DNA from: Bacilli bacterium | GTDB taxonomy: Bacteria > Bacillota_I > Bacilli_A > RF39 > UBA660 | Assembly (NCBI GenBank): GCA_017887425.1 | Contig: JAGHHZ010000028.1 | Coordinates: forward strand, 20,304 to 84,303 | Reading direction: 5' to 3' | DNA: 64,000 bases | Shown: in pieces, positions 56,857 to 64,000 of the stretch | How the letters are laid out: every line of letters begins with the position of its first letter | How positions within the stretch are numbered: position 1 is the stretch's first letter | Notes under the pieces: generated by a model | The model's input: only the letters and a program-made list of their open reading frames with translations | The model's database searches: none | Told to the model about the DNA's origin: nothing | Translations under genes and position numbers: made by a program

Positions 56857-58527
56857 ATGAAAAAAATAATATTTATAATTTTTACATTTTTGTTTTGTAC
56901 AAGTACAGCTTTAGCTACTAATCACATTTATGATATCGATATGGAAATATATGTTGATAAAAACGGAACGGCCTCTATTACTGAAACATGGGTAGTGGAT
57001 GGAAGCGATGGCACTGAATGGTATAAAGTATATAATAATTTAGGTAACTCAGAAATAACCGATTTTACTGTGTCGATGGATGGTAATCCTCTAACTTACA
57101 AAAAGTGGGATGTCGATGAATCATTGAGTGAAAAAAAAGGCTACTATGGAATAAATTATACTTCTAATGGATTAGAACTTTGTTTTGGAAAATATGATTA
57201 TAAACGTCATGAATTTACGTTGAACTATAAAATATCTAATTTTATTTTAAATACTAGTGACTATCAAGTTATTTATTGGAATTTGATAGATAGATTATCT
57301 TCTGTTGATTTTGAAAACTTTTCTATTGTTTTATCTAGTTACTATGAATTTCCTAATGATTTACCAGTTTGGGGATATGGACATAAAGGTTATGCTTATG
57401 TAGAAAATGGGAAAATATATCTATCAAACGAAGGGGATATGAATGGTCAATATGTTGTTTTATTAGCGCAATTTCCTTTAAATACATTTAATACAACTAA
57501 TAGTAGTTCACGTTATGATACATTTGACGACGTACTAGCAGCTGCAGAAAATGGTTCTTTTGATTACGATTACTCATATGACGACAGTAGCGACATTAAC
57601 CCGATTTTTGGCATGTTTATAATCATTTATACATTTTTTATGATTTCCTTACCTTTCATATTAATTCGTATTTTAACAACTTCAAGTAAATATGGCTTTA
57701 TCAATAACAAAACTATTACTAAACAAAATACACCTTATTTTAGAGATATTCCATGTAATAAAGATATCTATTATGCTAATGCTTTAGTTAAATTAAATGG
57801 TTTTAGTAAATCTAAATCTAATATTTTAGGAGCTATTTTACTTAAGTGGGTTAAAGAGAAAAAAATAAACGTTATTAAAAACGAAAAAAATACTCAGCTA
57901 CAATTTGATGAAAATATGATTCTTTCTGATGTTCTAGAAGACGAATTATATCAAATGATGTATAAAGCTAGTAAAGATGGAATTTTAGAAAATAAAGAAC
58001 TAGAAAAATGGGCTAAAAAGAATTATAGTAAATATTTAGATATTTTTAGTAGAATAGAAGATAGTAAAATAGCTGAATTAAGACATGCTGGACATATTTA
58101 TAGAAGGCAAAACAAAAGCGAATGTAAATATAAAAATGTCATGGATGATATTTTGTATGAAGATTCTAGAAAACTATATGGTTTGAAGTTGTTTTTAGAA
58201 GATTTTTCTTCGATTAATACCAAAGAAGTAATTGACGTTCATCTATGGGATGAATATTTGATGTTTGCTTACCTTTTTGGTATTGCCGATAAAGTAGCTA
58301 AGCAATTAAAGAATATGTATCCTGAATATATTGAAAATTTAGATAATAACATTGATTTTGACACGATTATTTTCTTTAATGCTATTTCAACCAGATCAAT
58401 TTCAGCAGCTAATAGCGCTCGAGCAAGTGCACAATCTTATTCTTCTTATTCATCTGGTGGTGGGGGATTCTCATCAGGTGGAGGAGGAGGCGGTTCCTTC
58501 GGTGGAGGAGGCGGAGGAAGCCGTTGA
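56857..58527 (+). CDS. DUF2207-like membrane protein with a Gly-rich C-terminal tail
   Basis: It has a signal peptide, an extracellular beta-rich N-domain, TM segments, a cytoplasmic region (HLWDEYLMFAYLFGIADKV) and the tail SGGGGFSSGGGGGGSFGGGGGGSR, which is characteristic of this family. Confidence 0.7.
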   Translation: MKKIIFIIFTFLFCTSTALATNHIYDIDMEIYVDKNGTASITETWVVDGSDGTEWYKVYNNLGNSEITDFTVSMDGNPLTYKKWDVDESLSEKKGYYGINYTSNGLELCFGKYDYKRHEFTLNYKISNFILNTSDYQVIYWNLIDRLSSVDFENFSIVLSSYYEFPNDLPVWGYGHKGYAYVENGKIYLSNEGDMNGQYVVLLAQFPLNTFNTTNSSSRYDTFDDVLAAAENGSFDYDYSYDDSSDINPIFGMFIIIYTFFMISLPFILIRILTTSSKYGFINNKTITKQNTPYFRDIPCNKDIYYANALVKLNGFSKSKSNILGAILLKWVKEKKINVIKNEKNTQLQFDENMILSDVLEDELYQMMYKASKDGILENKELEKWAKKNYSKYLDIFSRIEDSKIAELRHAGHIYRRQNKSECKYKNVMDDILYEDSRKLYGLKLFLEDFSSINTKEVIDVHLWDEYLMFAYLFGIADKVAKQLKNMYPEYIENLDNNIDFDTIIFFNAISTRSISAANSARASAQSYSSYSSGGGGFSSGGGGGGSFGGGGGGSR

Positions 58528-58659
58528 TTAAAGTCTTTAATTAGACTTTTTTCTTTTTTTAATAAGTACAAATAATGTAAAAAGAATAAAAATATATTCT
58601 TTTTTTCTTTATTTCATGCTATAATTTAAGTGTGTTAGATAATGAGGAGGGCAAGATAT

Positions 58660-61290
58660 ATGACACAATATGTATATTCCTTTAGTGAAGGAAACAAAGA
58701 TATGCGTAATCTATTAGGAGGTAAAGGAGCTAACTTAGCTGAAATGAAAGGTTTAGGTCTACCGGTCCCTGATGGATTTACAGTAACGACTGAAGCTTGT
58801 AATAAATATTATGATGATGGTGAAAAGATAGCTGACGAAGTTATTGAACAAATTATGAATAAATTAAATAAACTAGAAAAAAGTTCTGGTAAAAAAATGG
58901 GTGATTTAGAAAATCCATTATTAGTATCAGTAAGAAGTGGTGCGAGAGCTAGTATGCCAGGTATGATGGATACAGTTCTAAATTTAGGATTAAATGACGA
59001 AGTCGCTAAACATTTTAGTGAAAAAATTGATAACCCAAGATTTGTTTATGATTCATATAGAAGATTTATTCAAATGTTTGCTGATGTTGTTAAAGGATAT
59101 CCTAAATCTAGTTTTGAAAGAGTATTAGATGAGTTTAAAGAAAATAAAGGTGTTTCATATGATACTGATTTAACAGCTGATGACATGAAAGAAATTACTG
59201 AAAAATTTAAATCTATCTATAAGGAACTAGCTGGTGAAGAGTTCCCCCAAGAACCTAAAGAACAATTAATCGAAGCAGTTACAGCTGTATTTAGATCTTG
59301 GAATAATGAAAGAGCAATTATTTATAGAAGAATGAACGATATTCCAAGTAGTTGGGGAACTGCTGTTAACGTTCAAGAAATGGTATATGGTAATAGTGGC
59401 GACAAGTCAGGTACTGGTGTTGCATTTACAAGAAACCCAGCAACTGGTGAAAACAAATTATATGGCGAATATTTAATTAATGCGCAAGGAGAAGATGTCG
59501 TAGCTGGTATCAGAACACCTCAACCTATTTCTACTTTAGCTAGTGTTATGCCTGAAGTATATGACCAATTTGCTAAAATAGCTAAAACTCTAGAAAATCA
59601 TTACAAAGATATGCAAGATATGGAATTTACAATTGAAAATGGTAAGTTATTTATGTTGCAAACAAGAAATGGTAAAAGAACAGCTCCTGCTGCTTTAAAA
59701 GTTGCTGTTGATTTAGTAAATGAAGGAATGATTACTAAAGAAGAAGCTTTACTTAAAGTTGAACCTAAACAATTAGATCAATTATTACACCCAATGTTTG
59801 ATAATGAAGCACTAAAGAAAGCAAAACCTATTGCTAAAGGATTAGCTGCATCTCCTGGAGCTGGAACAGGCCGTATTTACTTTACAGCAAGTGATGTAAG
59901 CGAAGCTAAAAAAAGAGGTGAAGAAACATTATTAGTAAGATTAGAAACTTCACCAGAAGATATCCAAGGAATGAATGATGCTAATGGTATATTAACTGTT
60001 CGTGGTGGTATGACATCACATGCGGCTGTTGTTGCTCGTGGTATGGGTAGATGCTGTGTATCTGGCTGTGGCGAATTAATTATCGATGAAGAAAATAAAA
60101 CTTTAAAAACAAAAGATGGCAAAGTATTTAAAGAAGGCGATTACTTATCTATCGATGGTTCAACAGGTAATGTATATGGTGAAGAGATTAAAACTGTTGA
60201 AGCAACTATTAGTGGTGATTTTGAAACATTCATGAACTGGGCTGATGCTACTAGAAGATTAAAAGTAAGAACTAATGCTGATACACCTAAAGATGCAATT
60301 CAAGCTCGTAAATTTGGAGCTGAAGGAATCGGTTTATGTCGTACTGAACACATGTTCTTTGAAACTGATAGAATCTTCAACTTTAGAAGAATGATTTTAG
60401 CTGATAATCTAGAGCAAAGAGAAGAAGCTTTAGAAAAAATCTTACCTTATCAAAGAGGCGATTTTGAAAAATTATTTGAGGCAATGGAAGGAGATCCAGT
60501 TGTAATTAGATATCTTGACCCACCTTTACATGAATTCTTACCTCATACAATTGAAGAAATGAAACTTTTAGCTGAAAGTTTAAATATTAGTTTAGAAACA
60601 ATTCAAAATAGAATTGATGCTTTAAAAGAGTTTAACCCAATGATGGGACATCGTGGATGTCGTTTAGCTATCACATATCCAGAAATTGCTAGAATGCAAA
60701 CTAGAGCGGTTATTGAAGCTGCTATTAATGTTAATAAAAAGGGTATGAATGTAACTCCTGAAATTATGATTCCATTAGTTGGCGATGTTAAGGAATTAGA
60801 ATATGTTAAAAATATCGTAGTTGAAGTAGCTGATAAAATTATTAAAGAAAATAATGTTAACTTACAATATAAAGTTGGAACTATGATTGAAATTCCAAGA
60901 GCGGCTTTAACTGCTGATGAAATTGCTAAACAAGCTGAATTCTTCAGTTTTGGAACTAACGACTTAACACAAATGACTTATGGATTCTCAAGAGATGATG
61001 CTGGCAAATTCTTAAATGATTACTATGATAAAAAAATCTTTGAAAGTGACCCATTTGCTAAATTAGATCAAACTGGTGTTGGTCAATTAGTTGAAATGGC
61101 AGCTGTTAAAGGTAGAAAAACAAGAAGTGATATTCATTTAGGTATTTGTGGCGAACATGGAGGAGATCCTTCAAGTGTTGAATTCTGTCATAGAATTGGC
61201 TTAGATTATGTATCTTGTTCTCCATTTAGAGTGCCAATTGCTAGACTTGCTGCAGCTCAAGCTGCTATCAAGAATGGTGGGCAATTATAA
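58660..61290 (+). CDS. ppdK: Pyruvate, phosphate dikinase
   Basis: LGGKGANLAEM, the phospho-His loop RGGMTSHAAVVARGMG, GLCRTEHMF, FSFGTNDLTQ and ICGEHGGDP. The start was taken at ATG 58660 (MTQYVYSF) after GAGGAGG. Confidence 0.96.
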   Translation: MTQYVYSFSEGNKDMRNLLGGKGANLAEMKGLGLPVPDGFTVTTEACNKYYDDGEKIADEVIEQIMNKLNKLEKSSGKKMGDLENPLLVSVRSGARASMPGMMDTVLNLGLNDEVAKHFSEKIDNPRFVYDSYRRFIQMFADVVKGYPKSSFERVLDEFKENKGVSYDTDLTADDMKEITEKFKSIYKELAGEEFPQEPKEQLIEAVTAVFRSWNNERAIIYRRMNDIPSSWGTAVNVQEMVYGNSGDKSGTGVAFTRNPATGENKLYGEYLINAQGEDVVAGIRTPQPISTLASVMPEVYDQFAKIAKTLENHYKDMQDMEFTIENGKLFMLQTRNGKRTAPAALKVAVDLVNEGMITKEEALLKVEPKQLDQLLHPMFDNEALKKAKPIAKGLAASPGAGTGRIYFTASDVSEAKKRGEETLLVRLETSPEDIQGMNDANGILTVRGGMTSHAAVVARGMGRCCVSGCGELIIDEENKTLKTKDGKVFKEGDYLSIDGSTGNVYGEEIKTVEATISGDFETFMNWADATRRLKVRTNADTPKDAIQARKFGAEGIGLCRTEHMFFETDRIFNFRRMILADNLEQREEALEKILPYQRGDFEKLFEAMEGDPVVIRYLDPPLHEFLPHTIEEMKLLAESLNISLETIQNRIDALKEFNPMMGHRGCRLAITYPEIARMQTRAVIEAAINVNKKGMNVTPEIMIPLVGDVKELEYVKNIVVEVADKIIKENNVNLQYKVGTMIEIPRAALTADEIAKQAEFFSFGTNDLTQMTYGFSRDDAGKFLNDYYDKKIFESDPFAKLDQTGVGQLVEMAAVKGRKTRSDIHLGICGEHGGDPSSVEFCHRIGLDYVSCSPFRVPIARLAAAQAAIKNGGQL

Positions 61291-61356
61291 GAAGTAGATA
61301 AACCCTTATTTTATAGAGATTTTCTATTGCTTATATAAAGCTTATTTAATAATATA

Positions 61357-61408
61357 AAGACTAAATCTGAATATATAATCGCATATATTCGCTGATTTGG
61401 TCTTTTTT
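61357..61408 (+). terminator. Long compound hairpin terminator after ppdK
   Basis: The outer stem is AAGACTAAATC / GATTTGGTCTT. The inner stem is GAATATAT / ATATATTC around the loop aatcgc. TTTT follows. Confidence 0.7.
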
Positions 61409-61446
61409 AGTGGTATTCTGCGATGAGTATTGGAGGTAATTTATTG

Positions 61447-61923
61447 ATGAAATTGATGTATTCAAGACCAATTTTAAGAGATTTATCGCAAGGCTCAAGG
61501 ATAGCTTTTGCAAGGCAGTTTAGAGGTAAGACACAAGATGAGATATCTGGTTTATTAGGCGCTACAGGTGCTAATAGACGTCGTACAATGACTAGATATG
61601 AGAAGGGTGATAGAAATCCTAATGTAACTAGAACTAAGCTTATTGCTGATTTATTGGGTGTTAGCTATCATGCAATTAAGCAATATGATTACAATGATTC
61701 ATTAGACTTTATTTATATCTTACTATGGCTGGAAGAACTATTACCAAATTATCATTTTGATGTTGATGATGTGGTTATTACTGATCGAGATTTTATTGAT
61801 AATGTTAAGATGTTTTTAAAAGAGTGGGACACCATGAGGAAAAGAAGAAGGAATAGAGAGATAAAGTATTCCACATATATAGATTGGAAACTAACTTATT
61901 TCCAAGGTAGTAAAGATGAGTAA
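61447..61923 (+). CDS. XRE-family helix-turn-helix protein
   Basis: IAFARQFRGKTQDEISGLLG...YEKGDRNPNVTRTKLIADLLGVSYHAI has the Cro/C1-type HTH pattern. The SD GGAGG lies 9 nt before ATG 61447. Confidence 0.7.
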   Translation: MKLMYSRPILRDLSQGSRIAFARQFRGKTQDEISGLLGATGANRRRTMTRYEKGDRNPNVTRTKLIADLLGVSYHAIKQYDYNDSLDFIYILLWLEELLPNYHFDVDDVVITDRDFIDNVKMFLKEWDTMRKRRRNREIKYSTYIDWKLTYFQGSKDE

Positions 61924-62767
61924 TGCAAAGAAGATTAGGTTAGTTGATATTATGCCATTTAAAGATCATCCATTTAATGTTGAAGTAGATAGTTCATTAC
62001 ATGAACTAGCCCAAAGCATTAAGGAAAATGGCTTATTAAATCCTGTTATCGTTAGACCTAGAGACAATAAGTTTGAAATGGTATCAGGACATAGGAGATT
62101 AAAAGCACTTGAGATTAATGGTGCAGATGAAGTTGATGCTTATATTAAGGAGCTGACTGATGATGATGCTGTAATATTTATGGTTGATTCTAATCTTCAA
62201 AGAGAAAAGTTATTACCTAGTGAAAAAGCATTTGCATACAAAATGAAAATGGATGCCATGAAGCACCAAGGAAAGAAATTAAGTACTTCGGCAACCGAGT
62301 TGCACAAGTCAAGAGATGCTATTGCTAAAGGTGAATCTGGTGAAATGGTTAGGAGATATATTAGGTTAACTTATCTCATACCTGAATTATTGAGGATAGT
62401 AGATAATACTGCCAAGTATAATGATAAGCATAATATTACCATGGGTATTAAGCCTGCTGTAGAGCTTTCATATTTGACTAAAGATGAACAAACATTAGTT
62501 TATTCTACAATGATTTATGATGATTTGAGTCCTTCTCATGCTCAAACAATAAGAATAAGGAAACTAAGTGAGCAAAAGAGGTTGAATGCAGAAGAATTGG
62601 AAAAGATTCTATCTGAAGAGAAGGGGAATCAGCATGAGCAAATCTCTTTTAATAGGGAAAATATAGAGAGAGTATTGCCTTATGAACTTACTAAGAGAGA
62701 TAAGAGATATATTGAAGAGTATATAATTAAAGCAATTGAAGCTTATAATGTAACTAATACTAAATGA
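61916..62767 (+). CDS. ParB N-terminal (ParB/Srx-like nuclease) domain protein
   Basis: FKDHPFNV...LAQSIKENGLLNPVIVRP....EMVSGHRRLKA and DSNLQRE..LPSEKAFAYK are typical of ParB-like proteins carried by Firmicute conjugative or phage elements. It overlaps the HTH gene by 8 nt. Confidence 0.75.
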   Translation: MSNAKKIRLVDIMPFKDHPFNVEVDSSLHELAQSIKENGLLNPVIVRPRDNKFEMVSGHRRLKALEINGADEVDAYIKELTDDDAVIFMVDSNLQREKLLPSEKAFAYKMKMDAMKHQGKKLSTSATELHKSRDAIAKGESGEMVRRYIRLTYLIPELLRIVDNTAKYNDKHNITMGIKPAVELSYLTKDEQTLVYSTMIYDDLSPSHAQTIRIRKLSEQKRLNAEELEKILSEEKGNQHEQISFNRENIERVLPYELTKRDKRYIEEYIIKAIEAYNVTNTK

Positions 62768-62787
62768 GTATGCAAAACAAAAGATGA

Positions 62788-64000
62788 CTATTTGTCATCT
62801 TTTAAAATCCAACCAATTCTACTAATTCCGTTTCTAAATAATGAATTTTGGGAATTCAATTCACAATAGATTTTTCTTATAATATTTATATGATATTCTT
62901 CTAACTTTTTGAATGCTTCTCCAATTTCTTTTTGTTTATCAAATGGGATAATAGGAATCGGAAGTTCTTTAAAGGTAGTAAGGTTAACTTTTTTTGATTT
63001 AGCATTTGCCATATTATCATTATTAGCCCATGTGCGAAAGTAGTCTGATTCAAGTATATTTCTTAAATAATATGGATCTATAACATTTCTGTCATATTTA
63101 ATGATGTAAATATTTTCGTTGAAACCAATGTTATTATAAGGTTCTTCAATAACAACGGTTTTTATATCATGTTCGCCGACAGCAAAAAGAATGTCTCCAA
63201 TTTCAATGTTGGTTTCTTTTTTGATAAATTCAAGGGATTTTTTGTCCATTCTGTCAGTTTTTTTATTAGGATAAATTCTTCCGTTTTCCATTTCGGCTGC
63301 TGATATATATAAATATTCTCCAGTCTTACTAACATTTAATTTACTTTTTCTAACACCATTTGCAATTCTTATTATTGAATCATCTTTCATCCGTCCTGCT
63401 TTAACATATTGAATATTAGTTTTACATAGTAATTTCATGTCTTCTATAAAATATGTAAATTCTCTAAGGTCTTTTAGAAAATAATGACGTTGAATATCAA
63501 TCTTTTCGTGGTATAAATTATCCGTCTCGTCTGAAATATCAATTGGTTTTATATCATACTCTTTTGCTTCAATTTTGTGTTCATAAGGGATGTATTTTTT
63601 TAGCTCTAAAGAGTAATTATTTCTAACTATTTCCTCTAAGGTTGCTAGATGTGACATCTTTCCATCGGTTTTTCTCAATTTTACGTATGATGTTATTAAG
63701 TCAATATCTGAGTCACGTAGTATGTTCTTTTTTCCGTCTTGACTAAATATGTTTTCTGCATTAACAAATAATATATTGTTGTTGTCCTTATTCTTTCTAA
63801 TAACCATCATACAAACTTCTTTTGAAACATTAGCAAACAAATTATCAGGAAGATAAATTATTGTATCTATAAGATTTTGTTCAACTAGATATTTCCTTAT
63901 TGATGTTTCTACTTGATTAGTTCTTGATAACATGTTAGGTGTATCAATAACAACTGCAACGCCATTTTCATTTAAACTGTATATAATCGGATATATAAAT
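62788..64000 (-). CDS. N6-adenine DNA methyltransferase C-terminal region fused to a single HsdS-like target-recognition domain (5' end outside the window)
   Basis: The frame stays open upstream of the track's Met to position 64000 (..NENGVAVVIDTPNMLSR..). The segment KYLVEQNLIDTIIYLPDNLFANVSKEVCMMVI...NNYSLELKKY resembles the tail of type I/IIG gamma-class methylases. The distal half has HsdS hallmarks: GDILFAVGEH, DPYYLRNILESDYF and LPIPIIPFDKQKEIGEAFKKLEEY. Confidence 0.6.
   Translation of the reverse strand, partial: FIYPIIYSLNENGVAVVIDTPNMLSRTNQVETSIRKYLVEQNLIDTIIYLPDNLFANVSKEVCMMVIRKNKDNNNILFVNAENIFSQDGKKNILRDSDIDLITSYVKLRKTDGKMSHLATLEEIVRNNYSLELKKYIPYEHKIEAKEYDIKPIDISDETDNLYHEKIDIQRHYFLKDLREFTYFIEDMKLLCKTNIQYVKAGRMKDDSIIRIANGVRKSKLNVSKTGEYLYISAAEMENGRIYPNKKTDRMDKKSLEFIKKETNIEIGDILFAVGEHDIKTVVIEEPYNNIGFNENIYIIKYDRNVIDPYYLRNILESDYFRTWANNDNMANAKSKKVNLTTFKELPIPIIPFDKQKEIGEAFKKLEEYHINIIRKIYCELNSQNSLFRNGISRIGWILKDDK

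Larger units (their letters stand above)
61410..64000. mobile_element. Probable edge of an integrated mobile element or genomic island (extends beyond the window)
   Basis: There is an abrupt change in codon style directly after the ppdK terminator: AGG/AGA-rich Arg usage and visibly higher G+C than the flanking core genes. The gene content is an XRE-type HTH, a ParB-N-domain protein and a DNA methylase fused to a specificity domain. No recombinase or att repeat is visible inside the window. Confidence 0.4.

Noticed and set aside
58455-58527. GGT/GGA-rich tract at the end of the DUF2207 gene considered as a slippage-prone repeat or contingency locus
   Set aside because: The codons are mixed (GGT, GGG, GGA, GGC interspersed with TCA/TTC), so this is not a homopolymer or perfect microsatellite. 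A Gly-rich tail is a normal feature of this family.
1-64000. Possibility of Mollicute-type genetic code (UGA=Trp), given the extreme AT richness
   Set aside because: TGA terminates well-defined genes, for example rsmE at 30669-30671 and the 53551..54519 gene. Conserved Trp positions (the trxA WCGPC motif, rpoB, ftsZ neighbours) are TGG. This is the standard code 11.

Overview
This is a very AT-rich chromosomal window (roughly 70% A+T by eye). It uses the standard genetic code: TGA is used as a stop, for example at the end of rsmE, and Trp is TGG. It comes from a low-GC Bacillota organism; gene order and content suggest an Erysipelotrichia- or Clostridia-like lineage, but I cannot prove that without a search.

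Most of the window is core housekeeping:
- The first half of a dcw cluster (mraZ-rsmH-ftsL-PBP2B), followed by clpC.
- A small PII-like ORF, a CPA2 antiporter and a serine hydrolase.
- The secE-nusG-rplKAJL-methyltransferase-rpoBC block.
- A CDP-alcohol phosphatidyltransferase.
- rpmB, dnaE, cvpA, trxA, rsmE, mtaB and recD2.
- glmS with a clear glmS ribozyme.
- The second half of the dcw cluster (murG-murB-divIB-ftsA-ftsZ).
- comEA-comEC, murT-gatD-ppa, a Xer recombinase, tdk, a DUF2207 protein and ppdK.

The accessory or unusual content is:
1. A secreted SH3b-GH73-dockerin peptidoglycan hydrolase lies next to a membrane-anchored cohesin-like protein.
2. A second, divergent MraZ paralogue with a consensus promoter sits back-to-back with murG. 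The canonical mraZ carries 10-bp-phased AGTGG boxes.
3. The GatD partner of MurT has neither the catalytic Cys nor the catalytic His.
4. An orphan prepilin-like gene overlaps the end of dnaE.
5. An Rpn-family nuclease gene lies next to an ATPase-less FtsX-type permease.
6. A truncated DUF1016 gene is followed by about 300 bp of hairpin-rich spacer.
7. A compositionally different segment follows the ppdK terminator. It carries an HTH gene, a ParB-like gene and a methylase fused to a specificity domain, and looks like the edge of an integrated element.

I saw no rRNA, tRNA or CRISPR array. All family calls come from motif recognition by eye; no database search was possible.
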